Below are positions 19,339 to 29,336 of a DNA stretch of 64,000 bases, in pieces. The notes beneath the pieces are model-generated. The model made no database searches, was not told the origin of the DNA, and worked only from the letters and a program-made list of their open reading frames with translations. Source of the DNA: an uncultured delta proteobacterium (GTDB lineage: Bacteria; Desulfobacterota; Binatia; Binatales; Binataceae). The stretch covers positions 163,188-227,187 of the forward strand of contig CAVURG010000006.1 of NCBI GenBank assembly GCA_963743865.1, read 5' to 3'. A program made the translations under genes and the position numbers. Each line of letters begins with the position of its first letter. Within the stretch, counting starts at the first letter, position 1.

Positions 19339-20998
19339 CACGGCGCGGTCCGCGCGCCGCACAAAATTTGCGCTCATCCTGGCGGCGCTGGCGATCACGT
19401 GGCTCGCGCGCCCGGCATTCGCTTCGACATACGCGGCCTACGTTCCGCTCGACAGCTCGATCTATGACGAGCTGAATACGCTGAACGACCTGGGACTCGC
19501 GGACAGCTATATTTCGGAAATCCAGCCCATCACCCGCGTCGAGGCGGCGCGCATCGCGGTCGAGGCCGAGTCGAAGCTGTCCGAAATGCAGAATCAGAGC
19601 GAACTCGCACGCAGTTGCATCAATGCGCTGCGGCTGCAGTTGCCCGAAGAAGTGCAATGGGTCGAGCAGGACCACGAAGACAACCTGCCCACGATGTTCC
19701 ACCCTGTCGATCGCGTTGAGGGCCAGTACGTCTTGTCGGAGGGCAAGCGGCGCTCGGTCCAGACTGGAGCCAGTGGACTCGACTACCGGGAAGGAACGCC
19801 GCTTCTGCCGAACAACGACAACCTCCCCACCGACCAGGGGAGCAATGAAGTACTTCGGTGGTCGGGATGGGCCGGGATCGGCGGCTTCGTCACCGGCTAC
19901 GGCGAAGGCGCGCTGGCGGGTCCGCTGACCGACAGTCCGAGCCAGGCAAGTCGCGCGCAACTGTTGACGGGCGCGGTGGTCGTCAGTCTGGGCAACACGG
20001 CTATCTCCTTCGGGCAGGAGGAGATGTCATGGGGGGTTTCGCACTACAACCAACTTTCGCAGTCCAATAACGCGCAGCCGTTCCCGGCCTTGCGCATCCA
20101 GAATATTCATCCGGGCCATCTGCCCGGCATTCTGCGTTATCTGGGGCTGTATCGGTATCAAGCGTTCCTTGGCCAGCTCAACGCGGGACGGACGTTCTCG
20201 CGGCCGTGGCTCTCCGGCCAGGTGATTACCTTCAGGACGCTGCCGTTCCTGGAATGGGGCATCGATCACACGATCATGTTCGGCGGCAGCGGCAACGACA
20301 ATTACAGTTCGATGGGATTTCTCGGAGACCTGACCGGTCTTTCGACGGGGAATTCACAGGTTGCCAATACCAACACGCGCTTCGGCATGTTCGCCAAGGC
20401 GTACGTCCCGCGGCTGCGCAATACGCAAGTCTATGGCGAGGTCCTGGCCGAAGATTATTTCCTGCCGTTCGGCAAGAGCATCGCCTTAAAGCTGCCGTTC
20501 AAGGGACCGTCGTACACTGCCGGAATCTATGTTCCACAGGTCACGCTCGACGGGCGCACCACCGCGCGATTCGAATACGCACTGACCGACAAAGAGTATT
20601 CGATCCACAACGACTCGCTGTACTGGTCCTACGAGAACGCGCTGATGGGCAGTTCGCTGGGGCCGGGCGCATGGCAGGTCAATTTCGAGATCGATCGATG
20701 GGTCAATTTGCAGTCGCGCATCGGCGTGGACACTTTCTATACTCGTGGTCAGGCCATTGTAGCGCCGTCGTTCACGCCGCTTTTACGCAACACGGAGACC
20801 GGTTACGGTGTCGCTTTTGACTTCCTTCACCTGCCGCTCGAAATCGGGCCGCTTGCAGATTCGCTCGGCGAGATGAAGGCGCGCGCGGGAATCGAATACG
20901 TCAGCGATATCAACTACACCAACGCCAACTCTTTCCGCGCTCTGCTCCAGCTCAGTTTCGCGTTTACGCCCTCCTGGGGCGGCCTGGTCTGGCGCTAA
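19316..20998 (+). CDS. wzi: capsule assembly protein Wzi family (outer membrane)
   Basis: Signal peptide; FGQEEMSWG, LSQSNNAQPFPALRI, QVYGEVLAED, YSIHN, MGSSLGP. Position within a capsule export cluster. Confidence 0.78.
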   Translation: MNLMALVNTARSARRTKFALILAALAITWLARPAFASTYAAYVPLDSSIYDELNTLNDLGLADSYISEIQPITRVEAARIAVEAESKLSEMQNQSELARSCINALRLQLPEEVQWVEQDHEDNLPTMFHPVDRVEGQYVLSEGKRRSVQTGASGLDYREGTPLLPNNDNLPTDQGSNEVLRWSGWAGIGGFVTGYGEGALAGPLTDSPSQASRAQLLTGAVVVSLGNTAISFGQEEMSWGVSHYNQLSQSNNAQPFPALRIQNIHPGHLPGILRYLGLYRYQAFLGQLNAGRTFSRPWLSGQVITFRTLPFLEWGIDHTIMFGGSGNDNYSSMGFLGDLTGLSTGNSQVANTNTRFGMFAKAYVPRLRNTQVYGEVLAEDYFLPFGKSIALKLPFKGPSYTAGIYVPQVTLDGRTTARFEYALTDKEYSIHNDSLYWSYENALMGSSLGPGAWQVNFEIDRWVNLQSRIGVDTFYTRGQAIVAPSFTPLLRNTETGYGVAFDFLHLPLEIGPLADSLGEMKARAGIEYVSDINYTNANSFRALLQLSFAFTPSWGGLVWR

Positions 20999-21027
20999 AC
21001 GGGAACCGCCGGTCTCCGGCAACTTTT

Positions 21028-22089
21028 ATGGATCCTTCAGGCAGCGACGGGCATTTGACTTCGCCGGTGGGCGCAACCGCTTCCGCCGCCGGCGCTGGCG
21101 CGCCCGCTCATCTCACAGAGGCGCAACACGCGACGCTGCAGCTTCTCCATTACATCGACCTGCTGCGTGCGCGATGGATCCTGATTGCAGCCCTCACGAT
21201 GGGAATCGGCCTCGGCTACGGGTTGTACACAAAATTCCTGACCGTGAAGTGGTATCGCGCGCAGGCCACCGTCACTCCGGTGCCGCCCGAAGCGGGCCTC
21301 TCGATAGGGACAGGAAGCGCCAGTGACATGGTTGATGGATTGGGAGGAGGAATCGCGTCGCTGCTCGGCGGCGGCGGCGCCGACACGGTTACGCTGGCGC
21401 AACGCTATACGGCGATCATGAACAGCTATGCGTTCACGACCGACCTCGTCAGCAAATATCATCTCGAGCACAACATCATCGGCGTCCGAAGCAAGAATGC
21501 GCCGACCGTGACGAAGTGGTTGATTCATACAAAGATTGCGGATCGATTCAGCACCGAATACGACTTCAAGAGCGGCAATCTGACCTTGTATTTCATGGAT
21601 CCGTCGCCGGTCGAAGCTCAACGCGTGCTCGGATTTTACCTCGACAGCCTGCGCGACAAGCTTCGCAACGAGGAAGTGCAAGCCGGCGCCAGCGCGGCCG
21701 CTTCCCTGCAGGATGAGGTCCGGAAAACTTCCGACGCGCTTTTGCAGACTCAACTCTACGAGCTGATGGCGCGGCAGATTCAGCGCGAGAAACTCGCGCA
21801 GGTGCAATCCGACTTCGCCTTCAAGGTCGTCGAACCTCCGGTCGTGCCCGACAATTATTTCGAGCCCAAAGCGCGCAACAACGCCGTCCTGGCAGCCTCG
21901 ATCACCTTCGTGCTCGTTTGCACATGGATTCTCGGGTCGGATTTCATTCGCCGCGCCAAAGCGCAGCTCGAAAGCATGAATCAGGCGCCGGACGAGCCCG
22001 CAACGACGCTTGAAGACCCGTCGCCACACCCCGACGATAGCGAGACATTGCCTCCCCGCTTTGTTCGCAATCTTCGCCCCAAGGCTTGA
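21028..22089 (+). CDS. Wzz-like chain-length determinant / polysaccharide co-polymerase (no kinase domain)
   Basis: Two TM segments flanking a coiled-coil region; Y.A.ATV.P; FKVVEPPVVP...P before the C-terminal TM. Confidence 0.8.
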   Translation: MDPSGSDGHLTSPVGATASAAGAGAPAHLTEAQHATLQLLHYIDLLRARWILIAALTMGIGLGYGLYTKFLTVKWYRAQATVTPVPPEAGLSIGTGSASDMVDGLGGGIASLLGGGGADTVTLAQRYTAIMNSYAFTTDLVSKYHLEHNIIGVRSKNAPTVTKWLIHTKIADRFSTEYDFKSGNLTLYFMDPSPVEAQRVLGFYLDSLRDKLRNEEVQAGASAAASLQDEVRKTSDALLQTQLYELMARQIQREKLAQVQSDFAFKVVEPPVVPDNYFEPKARNNAVLAASITFVLVCTWILGSDFIRRAKAQLESMNQAPDEPATTLEDPSPHPDDSETLPPRFVRNLRPKA

Positions 22090-22176
22090 CGCCGCACCGC
22101 TCTTCACCGCCCATTCGCCGCCCGCGGGATTTCCTCCTACTTTAGTTGACAACCGGGCGGACGCATCCAACTCGAA

Positions 22177-23379
22177 ATGCCGCTGGCCAGACAGCAAGCA
22201 CTCGCGGCCCAGGCGCTGCGCGCATCTGCCAACGCGATTCTGAGCGGCGCGGCAAAATGCCTGTGGCCGAGGCGGCGACCGCTCGATGCGAAGCGCGTGT
22301 GCATCTATCGGATCGGAAATATCGGCGACACCGCGTGTGCGATCCCCGCGATGCATGCGATTCGGCGCGCGTACCCGGCGGCGCATCTCGCGCTGGTGAC
22401 GTCACCGGGCAAGGCGGGCTCGGTCGGCGCGCGCGAGCTGCTCGAGGGCGTGGGCTGGATCGATGAGATCATCGTATATCACACCGAAGATATTGCGACC
22501 GTGCGGGGCCGGCTCGAGTTGATGCGCCGGTTGCGCGCGCGCCAGTTCGATGTATGGATCGAGTTGTCGGCGGTCGCGGCGCCGCTGGCGACGTTGTTTC
22601 GCAATCTGACGGTGGCGCGATCGGCCGGTGCGCGGTGGGGCTTCGGCTGGCGATACGAACCCAGGTTTTTTGCGCCGGCGCAGTCCAGGTTTATCGACTT
22701 CCCCGACGAAGTGGAGCGGTTGCTCGAGATTGTCCGAGCGGGAGGGTTCGCGGGATACGATGGTGATTTTCCGCTCGAGCTCAGCGACTCGAATCGGCTC
22801 AGGGTGACCGAACTGCTCGATCAAGCGGGAGTATCGGCCGCCGAACTGAAGATTGCCTTCGCGCCCGGGGCGAAGGCGGAACCGAATCGATGGCCTGCCG
22901 ATCGGTTCATCGAGGTTGCGAACAATCTGGCTGCGCGTGGCTGCCGGATCGTCGTTCTCGGTGGCAGTTCCGACGCGCCGCTGTGCGAGCGGATCGCAAA
23001 TGCGATCGGCCGCGGCGCAGCGAGCCTGGCGGGCAAGACCACGGTTCGCGAATCGTGCGAGCTGCTTGCGCGCTGTGCGATGCTGATTTGCAACGACTCC
23101 GGCGTGCAGCATCTTGCCGCGGCGGTCGGCACGCCATGCGTCTCGCTCTTCACGCGCCGCGAATTCCCCGGGATGTGGTGGCCGCATGGGTCGCACCACG
23201 AAGTGCTGATGAAGAATGTCGAGTGCCACACCTGCTTTCTCGATGTCTGCCCGTACGACAACAAATGCATCAAGGCGATCGGCGTCGATGAAGTGATCGC
23301 GGCGGCGGCGCGCGTACTCGCGCATCCGGCAAATTCCAAAAGATCGGAAACCGTAGCGGCCAGACCGCAGGTGGCCTGA
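22177..23379 (+). CDS. glycosyltransferase family 9 (heptosyltransferase-like)
   Basis: RIGNIGDTACAIPAM, APGAK...RWP, LAGKTTVRESCELL..C.MLICNDSGVQHLAAAVGTP. Confidence 0.88.
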   Translation: MPLARQQALAAQALRASANAILSGAAKCLWPRRRPLDAKRVCIYRIGNIGDTACAIPAMHAIRRAYPAAHLALVTSPGKAGSVGARELLEGVGWIDEIIVYHTEDIATVRGRLELMRRLRARQFDVWIELSAVAAPLATLFRNLTVARSAGARWGFGWRYEPRFFAPAQSRFIDFPDEVERLLEIVRAGGFAGYDGDFPLELSDSNRLRVTELLDQAGVSAAELKIAFAPGAKAEPNRWPADRFIEVANNLAARGCRIVVLGGSSDAPLCERIANAIGRGAASLAGKTTVRESCELLARCAMLICNDSGVQHLAAAVGTPCVSLFTRREFPGMWWPHGSHHEVLMKNVECHTCFLDVCPYDNKCIKAIGVDEVIAAAARVLAHPANSKRSETVAARPQVA

Positions 23380-23380
23380 G

Positions 23381-24598
23381 ATGGATGGCAGCTACCGCGT
23401 TGCGTGCCTGGTCAGTCATCCGATCCAGTACCAGGCGCCGCTGTTCCGCCATCTGGCGGCGCATCCGGGGATCGATCTGACGGTTTTTTTTCTGAGCGAT
23501 CTCTCGATCCACGCCTATCGCGATTCGGGCTTTGGCGTGAGCGTGAAATGGGATGTGCCGCTGCTCGACGGCTACCGCCATGATTTTCTGCCGCGCCTGG
23601 GTTCGGGAAACGAGCTTTCGTTCTGGCGGCCGTGGACGTTCGGTCTGCGCGCGCGCCTGAGACGGGGGCGATTCGACGCGTTGTGGGTGCACGGCTACGC
23701 GCATCGCGGATGTCTGGCAGGAATCGCGGCGGCGAAGTCGCTGGGCATCCCGGTAATGCTGCGCGGCGAGTCCAATCTGCTCAGCGAGACCGATGACGCG
23801 CTGAAGCTGGGCCTCAAGCGCATCGCGATGCCGGCGCTGCTGCGGACCATCGACGGCTTGCTGGCGATCGGGCGGCTCAATCGCGAATACTATCTTCATT
23901 ACGGAGTCGAAGCGGGCCGAATTTTCCCGATGCCTTACGCGGTGGACAACCAATTTTTTCGCACCGCCGCGGATCAAGCGCGGCCGCGCCGCGAACGGCT
24001 GCGCGCCGAGCTTGGATTGCATCCGGGACGCGCGGTGATTCTGTTCGCTTCCAAGATGCAGCCGCACAAGCGCGCCGGCGACCTGCTCGAGGCCTACGCG
24101 CGCATGTCGCCCGGCCCAGCCGCCGAGCCCGCGGCCTGCCTGGTCTTCGCCGGCGACGGCGAGGAGCGGGCCCAGCTCGAACGGCGCGCGCGCTCTCTGA
24201 AGTGGGACTCGATCCGCTTCATCGGCTTCAGGAACCAATCCGAACTTCCCGCCTTGTACGACCTTTGCGACGTATTCGTGCTGCCCTCCGAGCACGAGCC
24301 GTGGGGGCTGGTGATCAACGAGGTGATGAACGCGGGCAAGCCGGTCGTCGTGAGCGATCGCGTCGGCGCGGGGCCGGACCTGGTCGAGGACGGCGTCAAT
24401 GGATTCGTGTTTCCGGCGCGCGACGTCGCGGCGCTTGCAGATCGGCTGCAGCGGATGGTCGAAAGCCCTGAGCATCGCGCCGCGATGGGCGGGCGCGCGA
24501 TCGAAAAGGTTGCGCGACTTGGCTTCGACGCGGATCGCGACGGCTTGCTATCCGCGCTCGATTCGATTGTCGGCAAGAAAGCGCGCGCTGCGGCCTGA
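23381..24598 (+). CDS. glycosyltransferase family 4
   Basis: SHPIQYQAPLF; DVFVLPSEHEPWGLVINEVMNAGKPVVVSDRVG. Confidence 0.92.
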   Translation: MDGSYRVACLVSHPIQYQAPLFRHLAAHPGIDLTVFFLSDLSIHAYRDSGFGVSVKWDVPLLDGYRHDFLPRLGSGNELSFWRPWTFGLRARLRRGRFDALWVHGYAHRGCLAGIAAAKSLGIPVMLRGESNLLSETDDALKLGLKRIAMPALLRTIDGLLAIGRLNREYYLHYGVEAGRIFPMPYAVDNQFFRTAADQARPRRERLRAELGLHPGRAVILFASKMQPHKRAGDLLEAYARMSPGPAAEPAACLVFAGDGEERAQLERRARSLKWDSIRFIGFRNQSELPALYDLCDVFVLPSEHEPWGLVINEVMNAGKPVVVSDRVGAGPDLVEDGVNGFVFPARDVAALADRLQRMVESPEHRAAMGGRAIEKVARLGFDADRDGLLSALDSIVGKKARAAA

Positions 24599-24607
24599 CA
24601 TGGCCCT

Positions 24608-25624
24608 GTGCCGGATGCCATGATTCGCGGCCGGACAAAAGTCCCGCTCGATCCGTTCCTGGTCGCCAATCTCGTCTGCCCGCGCGATCACACCGACCTC
24701 GACGCGGCCGGCGAGGTCCTCGATTGCGCACAGCAGCATCGCTATCGCGTGGTTGGCGATATCCCGGTGATGCTGCTGGACGACGTGCCGCAGACGCTCG
24801 GCGTCGCGTCCGATTCGCTGCGCGCAATGAGCGACGGTGCTGAAGCGTCAGCATCATCAAGTGCGCGGCCGGCAGCGAGCGGTGTTGACGCTTACGTGCA
24901 GAGCGCAATCGCTGCGACCGGCGGACATTTGTACGAGGGGCTGATCGGTTCGCTCACCGAGTATCCAATCCCCGAGATGCGTCTGCAGCGCGCTACGGGA
25001 CCGGGCCAGTACCTGCTCGATATCGGATCGAACTGGGGGCGATGGTGCATAGCGGCGTCGCGACTCGGTTACGAGCCGGTTGGAATCGACCCGGGTCTCG
25101 CGTCGATTCAGGCGGCTTCAAGAGTCGCCAGGCAGCTCGGCGCAAAGGCGCGCTTTGTGGTAGGCGACGCGCGCTATCTGCCGTTTTGCGATTCAGTTTT
25201 CAGCGTCGCGTTTTCGTACAGCGTATTGCAGCACTTTGCAAAGCCGGACGCGGTGCGCGCATTCGGCGAGGCCGGCCGCGTGCTGATGCCGGGCGGGCGC
25301 GCGTTGATCCAGATGGCGAATGTTTACGGCTTGCGGTGCCTCTACCATCAGGCGCGGCGCCGCTTTCGCCAACCGGTTGGGTTCGAGGTTCGCTATTGGA
25401 CGCCGCGCGAACTGAGACTTGCGGCATCGCGGCTGATCGGGCCGGCCACGCTTTCAGTCGATGGCTACTTCAGCCTCAATCCGCAGCACTCCGACCTATG
25501 CATCCTGCCTGCGCGATATCGCCTGATTGTGCGTGCGTCCGATGCGTTGCGCGCCGTCAGCGAGCGTGTGCCGCCGATGCTCCAGTTTGCCGACAGTATC
25601 TACCTGAGCGCGCAAAGACCGTGA
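24608..25624 (+). CDS. class I SAM methyltransferase with N-terminal Trm112-like domain
   Basis: LVCPRDH...YRVVGDIPVML; LLDIGSNWG; GDARYLPF; FSYSVLQHF. Confidence 0.82.
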   Translation: MPDAMIRGRTKVPLDPFLVANLVCPRDHTDLDAAGEVLDCAQQHRYRVVGDIPVMLLDDVPQTLGVASDSLRAMSDGAEASASSSARPAASGVDAYVQSAIAATGGHLYEGLIGSLTEYPIPEMRLQRATGPGQYLLDIGSNWGRWCIAASRLGYEPVGIDPGLASIQAASRVARQLGAKARFVVGDARYLPFCDSVFSVAFSYSVLQHFAKPDAVRAFGEAGRVLMPGGRALIQMANVYGLRCLYHQARRRFRQPVGFEVRYWTPRELRLAASRLIGPATLSVDGYFSLNPQHSDLCILPARYRLIVRASDALRAVSERVPPMLQFADSIYLSAQRP

Positions 25625-25632
25625 AGCGACCA

Positions 25633-25944
25633 ATGGCCGCACGGCCAGCGGCCAGCCGGCAATCTGCCTGGAATGAGTTCGGTGGGGAAACTGTCTCGGT
25701 GATAATTCCCGTCTTCAACGGCGAGCGTGCGATCGCGCGCGCGATCGATAGCGCGCTCGCGCAGGAATTCAACGGCGAGATCGAAGTGATAGTCGTCAAC
25801 GACGGATCGACCGACGGCACGCGCGCGAAACTCGCAAAATTCGGCGCTCGAATCCGAGTGATCGATCAAGGGAACGCGGGCGTCGCGGCTGCGGCGCAGC
25901 CGGTCGAGTCCGCCGGAACACGGCTTGCCGATCGTACGCAATGA
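25633..25944 (+). pseudogene. truncated GT2 glycosyltransferase (N-terminal ~90 aa only)
   Basis: VSVIIPVFNGERAIARAIDSALAQ...EVIVVNDGSTDGT...N.GVAAA, then loss of similarity. The next gene starts immediately, leaving no room for the rest. Confidence 0.75.
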
Positions 25945-25951
25945 GCCGCAA

Positions 25952-27184
25952 GTGAAACCCCGGTTGCTTATCACGATATACGCGAATCCGGATTATTATC
26001 CGCCGACGGTGTATGCAGTCCGGATACTAAGTGGCTATTTCAGGATACATATTCTTTGCCGGAATATGGATGAGCCGATTCAAGAATGGCCAGCCGATGT
26101 GACTATCGAGCGAGTCGGCGGGTACGCATCGCCGCGCGAAAAAGAGGCGGCGAGCGCGAGTGCAAAGCTGATCGAATATGCGAAATTCGCCGCTCGGACC
26201 CGCGCGCTGGTCAAGCAGATGCAGCCGGCGATTGTCTATTCGTACGACCCGCACGCGTTTGTCGCAAGCATTGCCGGGCGGCTGGGCCGGAGATCGACGC
26301 CGCTGATATTTCATCTCCACGAGTTGCCGGAGACGGGGAGTCTTTCGTGGACCTCCCTGCAAGCGTGGGTGGTAAAGGCGGCGCTGACAGGCACCAAGTC
26401 GGCAGATGCAGCAGTGTTTCCGGAAAAGTATCGCGCCCGCCACTGGCTAATGGCGGCAGGAGACTCGCGCGCGCCGATGATCGTGCCGAATTGTCCCGAC
26501 CGGAGTTACTTTCCCGGACCCGCGGATTGGAACGAGACGATCGCCGAGAGGTTTCGCGCGCGAGAAGTGGTTTACGTCGGTTACGCGGACGCGGACAACG
26601 GTCATCTGGAGGGACTGCGCGCGCTGGCGATGACGGAGGCCGAGATTCGAATGCGGGTGATTGGCAGTTTTCGTCCGGAATTCGAGACGAGCTTCAACGC
26701 GCTTGCACGCGAGCTTGGGGTAGCGGAACGAATCAGCCTGGACGGATGGATAGCTCATGATGAGGTTCCCGCGCACGCGTCTCGCGCGTCAGTGGGACTC
26801 TCGCTTCACAAGCCGGCGACGAAGAATCTGGAATATCTGGGATCGGCAAGCAACAAGCTGTTCGAATACGCGGCGATGGGATTGCCGGTGCTAGTGCCGG
26901 ATCGCGAGAGCTACCGCGACTTTCTGGGCGATGCGGAGTGGGTGACGTATGCCGACATCGACGATCCAGGATCGATCGCGCGCGCGATTACCTCGATCTT
27001 CGCGGACCGCGAGCGATATACCGCGATGAGCCGCGCGGCGCGGCGCGCATTCGAGGAACAATACAATTACGAGCGTGTCTTCGCACCGGTGCTCGAGCGC
27101 ATTTTCGAATTGAGCGGCGTGGCGAAACCCAGCCAGGTCCCGGCATGCGATCTTATCGAGCGGCAGGCGCCGCCGGCATTGTGA
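25952..27184 (+). CDS. glycosyltransferase family 4
   Basis: GTG start; ASNKLFEYAAMGLPV (GT-B C-terminal motif). Confidence 0.85.
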   Translation: MKPRLLITIYANPDYYPPTVYAVRILSGYFRIHILCRNMDEPIQEWPADVTIERVGGYASPREKEAASASAKLIEYAKFAARTRALVKQMQPAIVYSYDPHAFVASIAGRLGRRSTPLIFHLHELPETGSLSWTSLQAWVVKAALTGTKSADAAVFPEKYRARHWLMAAGDSRAPMIVPNCPDRSYFPGPADWNETIAERFRAREVVYVGYADADNGHLEGLRALAMTEAEIRMRVIGSFRPEFETSFNALARELGVAERISLDGWIAHDEVPAHASRASVGLSLHKPATKNLEYLGSASNKLFEYAAMGLPVLVPDRESYRDFLGDAEWVTYADIDDPGSIARAITSIFADRERYTAMSRAARRAFEEQYNYERVFAPVLERIFELSGVAKPSQVPACDLIERQAPPAL

Positions 27185-28341
27185 AGATCTGTGTTGGCAG
27201 CGCCGGCCGGTTTCACGCCTTCGATCTGGCGCGCCAGATGGAACGCCTCGGCCATCTGACCCGCCTCTACACTGCCTATCCGCGCTGCAAGGTGGATGGA
27301 CTGCCCGCCGCGAAAGTGAGTACCTTCCCCTGGATCATGGGACCCGCGACGCTCGCGGGACGATTCGGACTGCCGGGGCTTCGCGAGCGCCTGAATTTTC
27401 CGATGATCGAGACGTTCGATCGCTGGATGGCTGCGCGGCTCGAGCCCTGCGACGTTTTCCATTGCCTGTCCAGCTTCGGCTTGCAGAGCCATCGCGCGGC
27501 GCGCATGCGCCACGGCGCGCTTACGGTATGCGACCGCGGTTCGGCGCACATCGTTTTCCAAAATGAGATTCTGCGCGAGGAATATGCCCGCTTCGATATC
27601 CCATATCGCGGTACCGACGCGCGCATCGTCGAGCGCGAGCTTGCCGAGTACGAATTCTGCGACCTGATCAGCGTGCCGTCCAGCTTCGCGCTGCGATCGT
27701 TCCTCGAGAAAGGCGCGGCGCGCGAAAAGCTGCGGCTTAATCCCTACGGCGTCGATCTCTCGATGTTCCATCCGATGCCCAAGCGCGACGCCGTCTTCCG
27801 CGTGCTGTTTGTCGGTTCGATTTCGATTCGCAAGGGAATCGCTTACCTGCTCGAGGCGGTAAAGCGCGCTGCGATTGGGGCGCTTGACCTGGTGCTGATT
27901 GGAGACGTCGATAAGGACGCGGCGCGCGTCCTCGCCAAGTGTGATATGCCCCTGCGCCATCTGGGCGTGCTCCCCCGCGCCAAACTCGCGGAGCATTATT
28001 CGCAGGCGTCTGTGCTGGTCCTCCCATCGCTGGAAGAAGGGCTGGCGCTGGTGCAGGCGCAGGCGATGGCGTGCGGCGTCCCGGTGATCGCGACGACCAA
28101 CACCGGCGCCGAGGATCTGTTTACCGACGGTGTCGAAGGGTTCATCGTTCCGATCCGCGACGCGGCCGCGATTGCCGACAAGATCGTCTTTCTGTACGAG
28201 CATCCCGAAGTCCGCGACGCGATGGCTGCCGCCGCTCTTGCCCGGGTGCGCGCGCTGGGCGGATGGAACAGCTACGGCGAGCGGATGGCGTCGATGTATC
28301 AGGCCGCGCTTGCCGCACGCGCATCCGCGGCGATGAAATAG
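27181..28341 (+). CDS. glycosyltransferase family 4
   Basis: GTGA overlap with the previous gene; RKG..YLLEA; VLVLPSLEEGLALVQAQAMACGVPVI. Confidence 0.92.
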   Translation: MKICVGSAGRFHAFDLARQMERLGHLTRLYTAYPRCKVDGLPAAKVSTFPWIMGPATLAGRFGLPGLRERLNFPMIETFDRWMAARLEPCDVFHCLSSFGLQSHRAARMRHGALTVCDRGSAHIVFQNEILREEYARFDIPYRGTDARIVERELAEYEFCDLISVPSSFALRSFLEKGAAREKLRLNPYGVDLSMFHPMPKRDAVFRVLFVGSISIRKGIAYLLEAVKRAAIGALDLVLIGDVDKDAARVLAKCDMPLRHLGVLPRAKLAEHYSQASVLVLPSLEEGLALVQAQAMACGVPVIATTNTGAEDLFTDGVEGFIVPIRDAAAIADKIVFLYEHPEVRDAMAAAALARVRALGGWNSYGERMASMYQAALAARASAAMK

Positions 28342-28347
28342 TTATCG

Positions 28348-29292
28348 GTGGACCGCATGATGCGTGAACAAATCATCGGGCGCGCCAAAGCCCTGATTCG
28401 GCCGGTCGCGCGGCATCGGTTTCTGCTCGAGCGCATGAAATTTCTGGGCGAGACTATACTCAGTGCTGAGCAGGGCAATGACCGATTGGCTGCGATGATC
28501 CATCACGGCGGCGCGGCGGGCAAAATTGGCGCGACCGAGATCAAGGTCTCACGAGTTTACCTGCGCCGGCGCGACGACGACGGCCTCTGTCACAATTTCG
28601 GCCACTATGCATGGTGGGCGCACGTCACCGCCGGCATCTATCCGCCCGATCCCCCGACGCTGTCGCGCTTTTGCCGCTGCTACCTGGAAACTCTCGAAGG
28701 TATTGACCTGCTTGCCGTGTGGTTCAATTTCGGCGAGGCCGCCGCCCGCCGGCGCTATGCTCCCGGCGCAACGCTGTGCGAGCTTTCTGCGCTTGAGCCG
28801 TATTACCATGAGCGGCCATGGAGCGCGCAGTTGGCAGGTAAACGGGTCGTGGTGGTAAGCCCGTTCGAGAAGTCGATCCAGGCTCAATATCAGCGGCGGG
28901 AAAAGATTTGGGCGGCCAAGCCCGAGGTGCTGCCCGCGTTCGATCTCCGCATCGTGCGATGCCCGCAGCCTGCGGGGATTATCGACCGGCCCGAATATCC
29001 CGACTGGTTCACCGGGCTGGAAGCGCTGAAAGCGCAGCTCGGCGCCCGTCCGTTCGATGTCGCGATTATAGGTGCGGGCGCATGGTCGATACCGCTGGCG
29101 ATCCATGCGAAGTCGTTGGGCGCCTTCGGGATTCATCTGGGCGGAGCGACGCAGTTGCTATTCGGGATTATGGGCGGGCGATGGGTATCCAATCCGGAAA
29201 TCGGCGCGTTCGTGAATGACGCGTGGACGCGCCCGTCCGAAGACGAGCGGCCGCGAAATTACCGCCTTCATGAAAACGGTTCGTACTGGTGA
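28348..29292 (+). CDS. conserved polysaccharide-locus protein (possible GT-D-like fold)
   Basis: LSALEPYYHE.PWS..L.GKRVVVVSPF..SI..QY, FDVAIIG.GA..IPLA.HAK..G..GIHLGGATQLLFGI.G.RW. This pattern is recalled from glycan loci; the fold assignment is tentative. Confidence 0.6.
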   Translation: MDRMMREQIIGRAKALIRPVARHRFLLERMKFLGETILSAEQGNDRLAAMIHHGGAAGKIGATEIKVSRVYLRRRDDDGLCHNFGHYAWWAHVTAGIYPPDPPTLSRFCRCYLETLEGIDLLAVWFNFGEAAARRRYAPGATLCELSALEPYYHERPWSAQLAGKRVVVVSPFEKSIQAQYQRREKIWAAKPEVLPAFDLRIVRCPQPAGIIDRPEYPDWFTGLEALKAQLGARPFDVAIIGAGAWSIPLAIHAKSLGAFGIHLGGATQLLFGIMGGRWVSNPEIGAFVNDAWTRPSEDERPRNYRLHENGSYW

Positions 29293-29336
29293 ATTGAAGA
29301 TTCCGTTGATCCGCTCTTTTGGAAATCGGAGATTGC

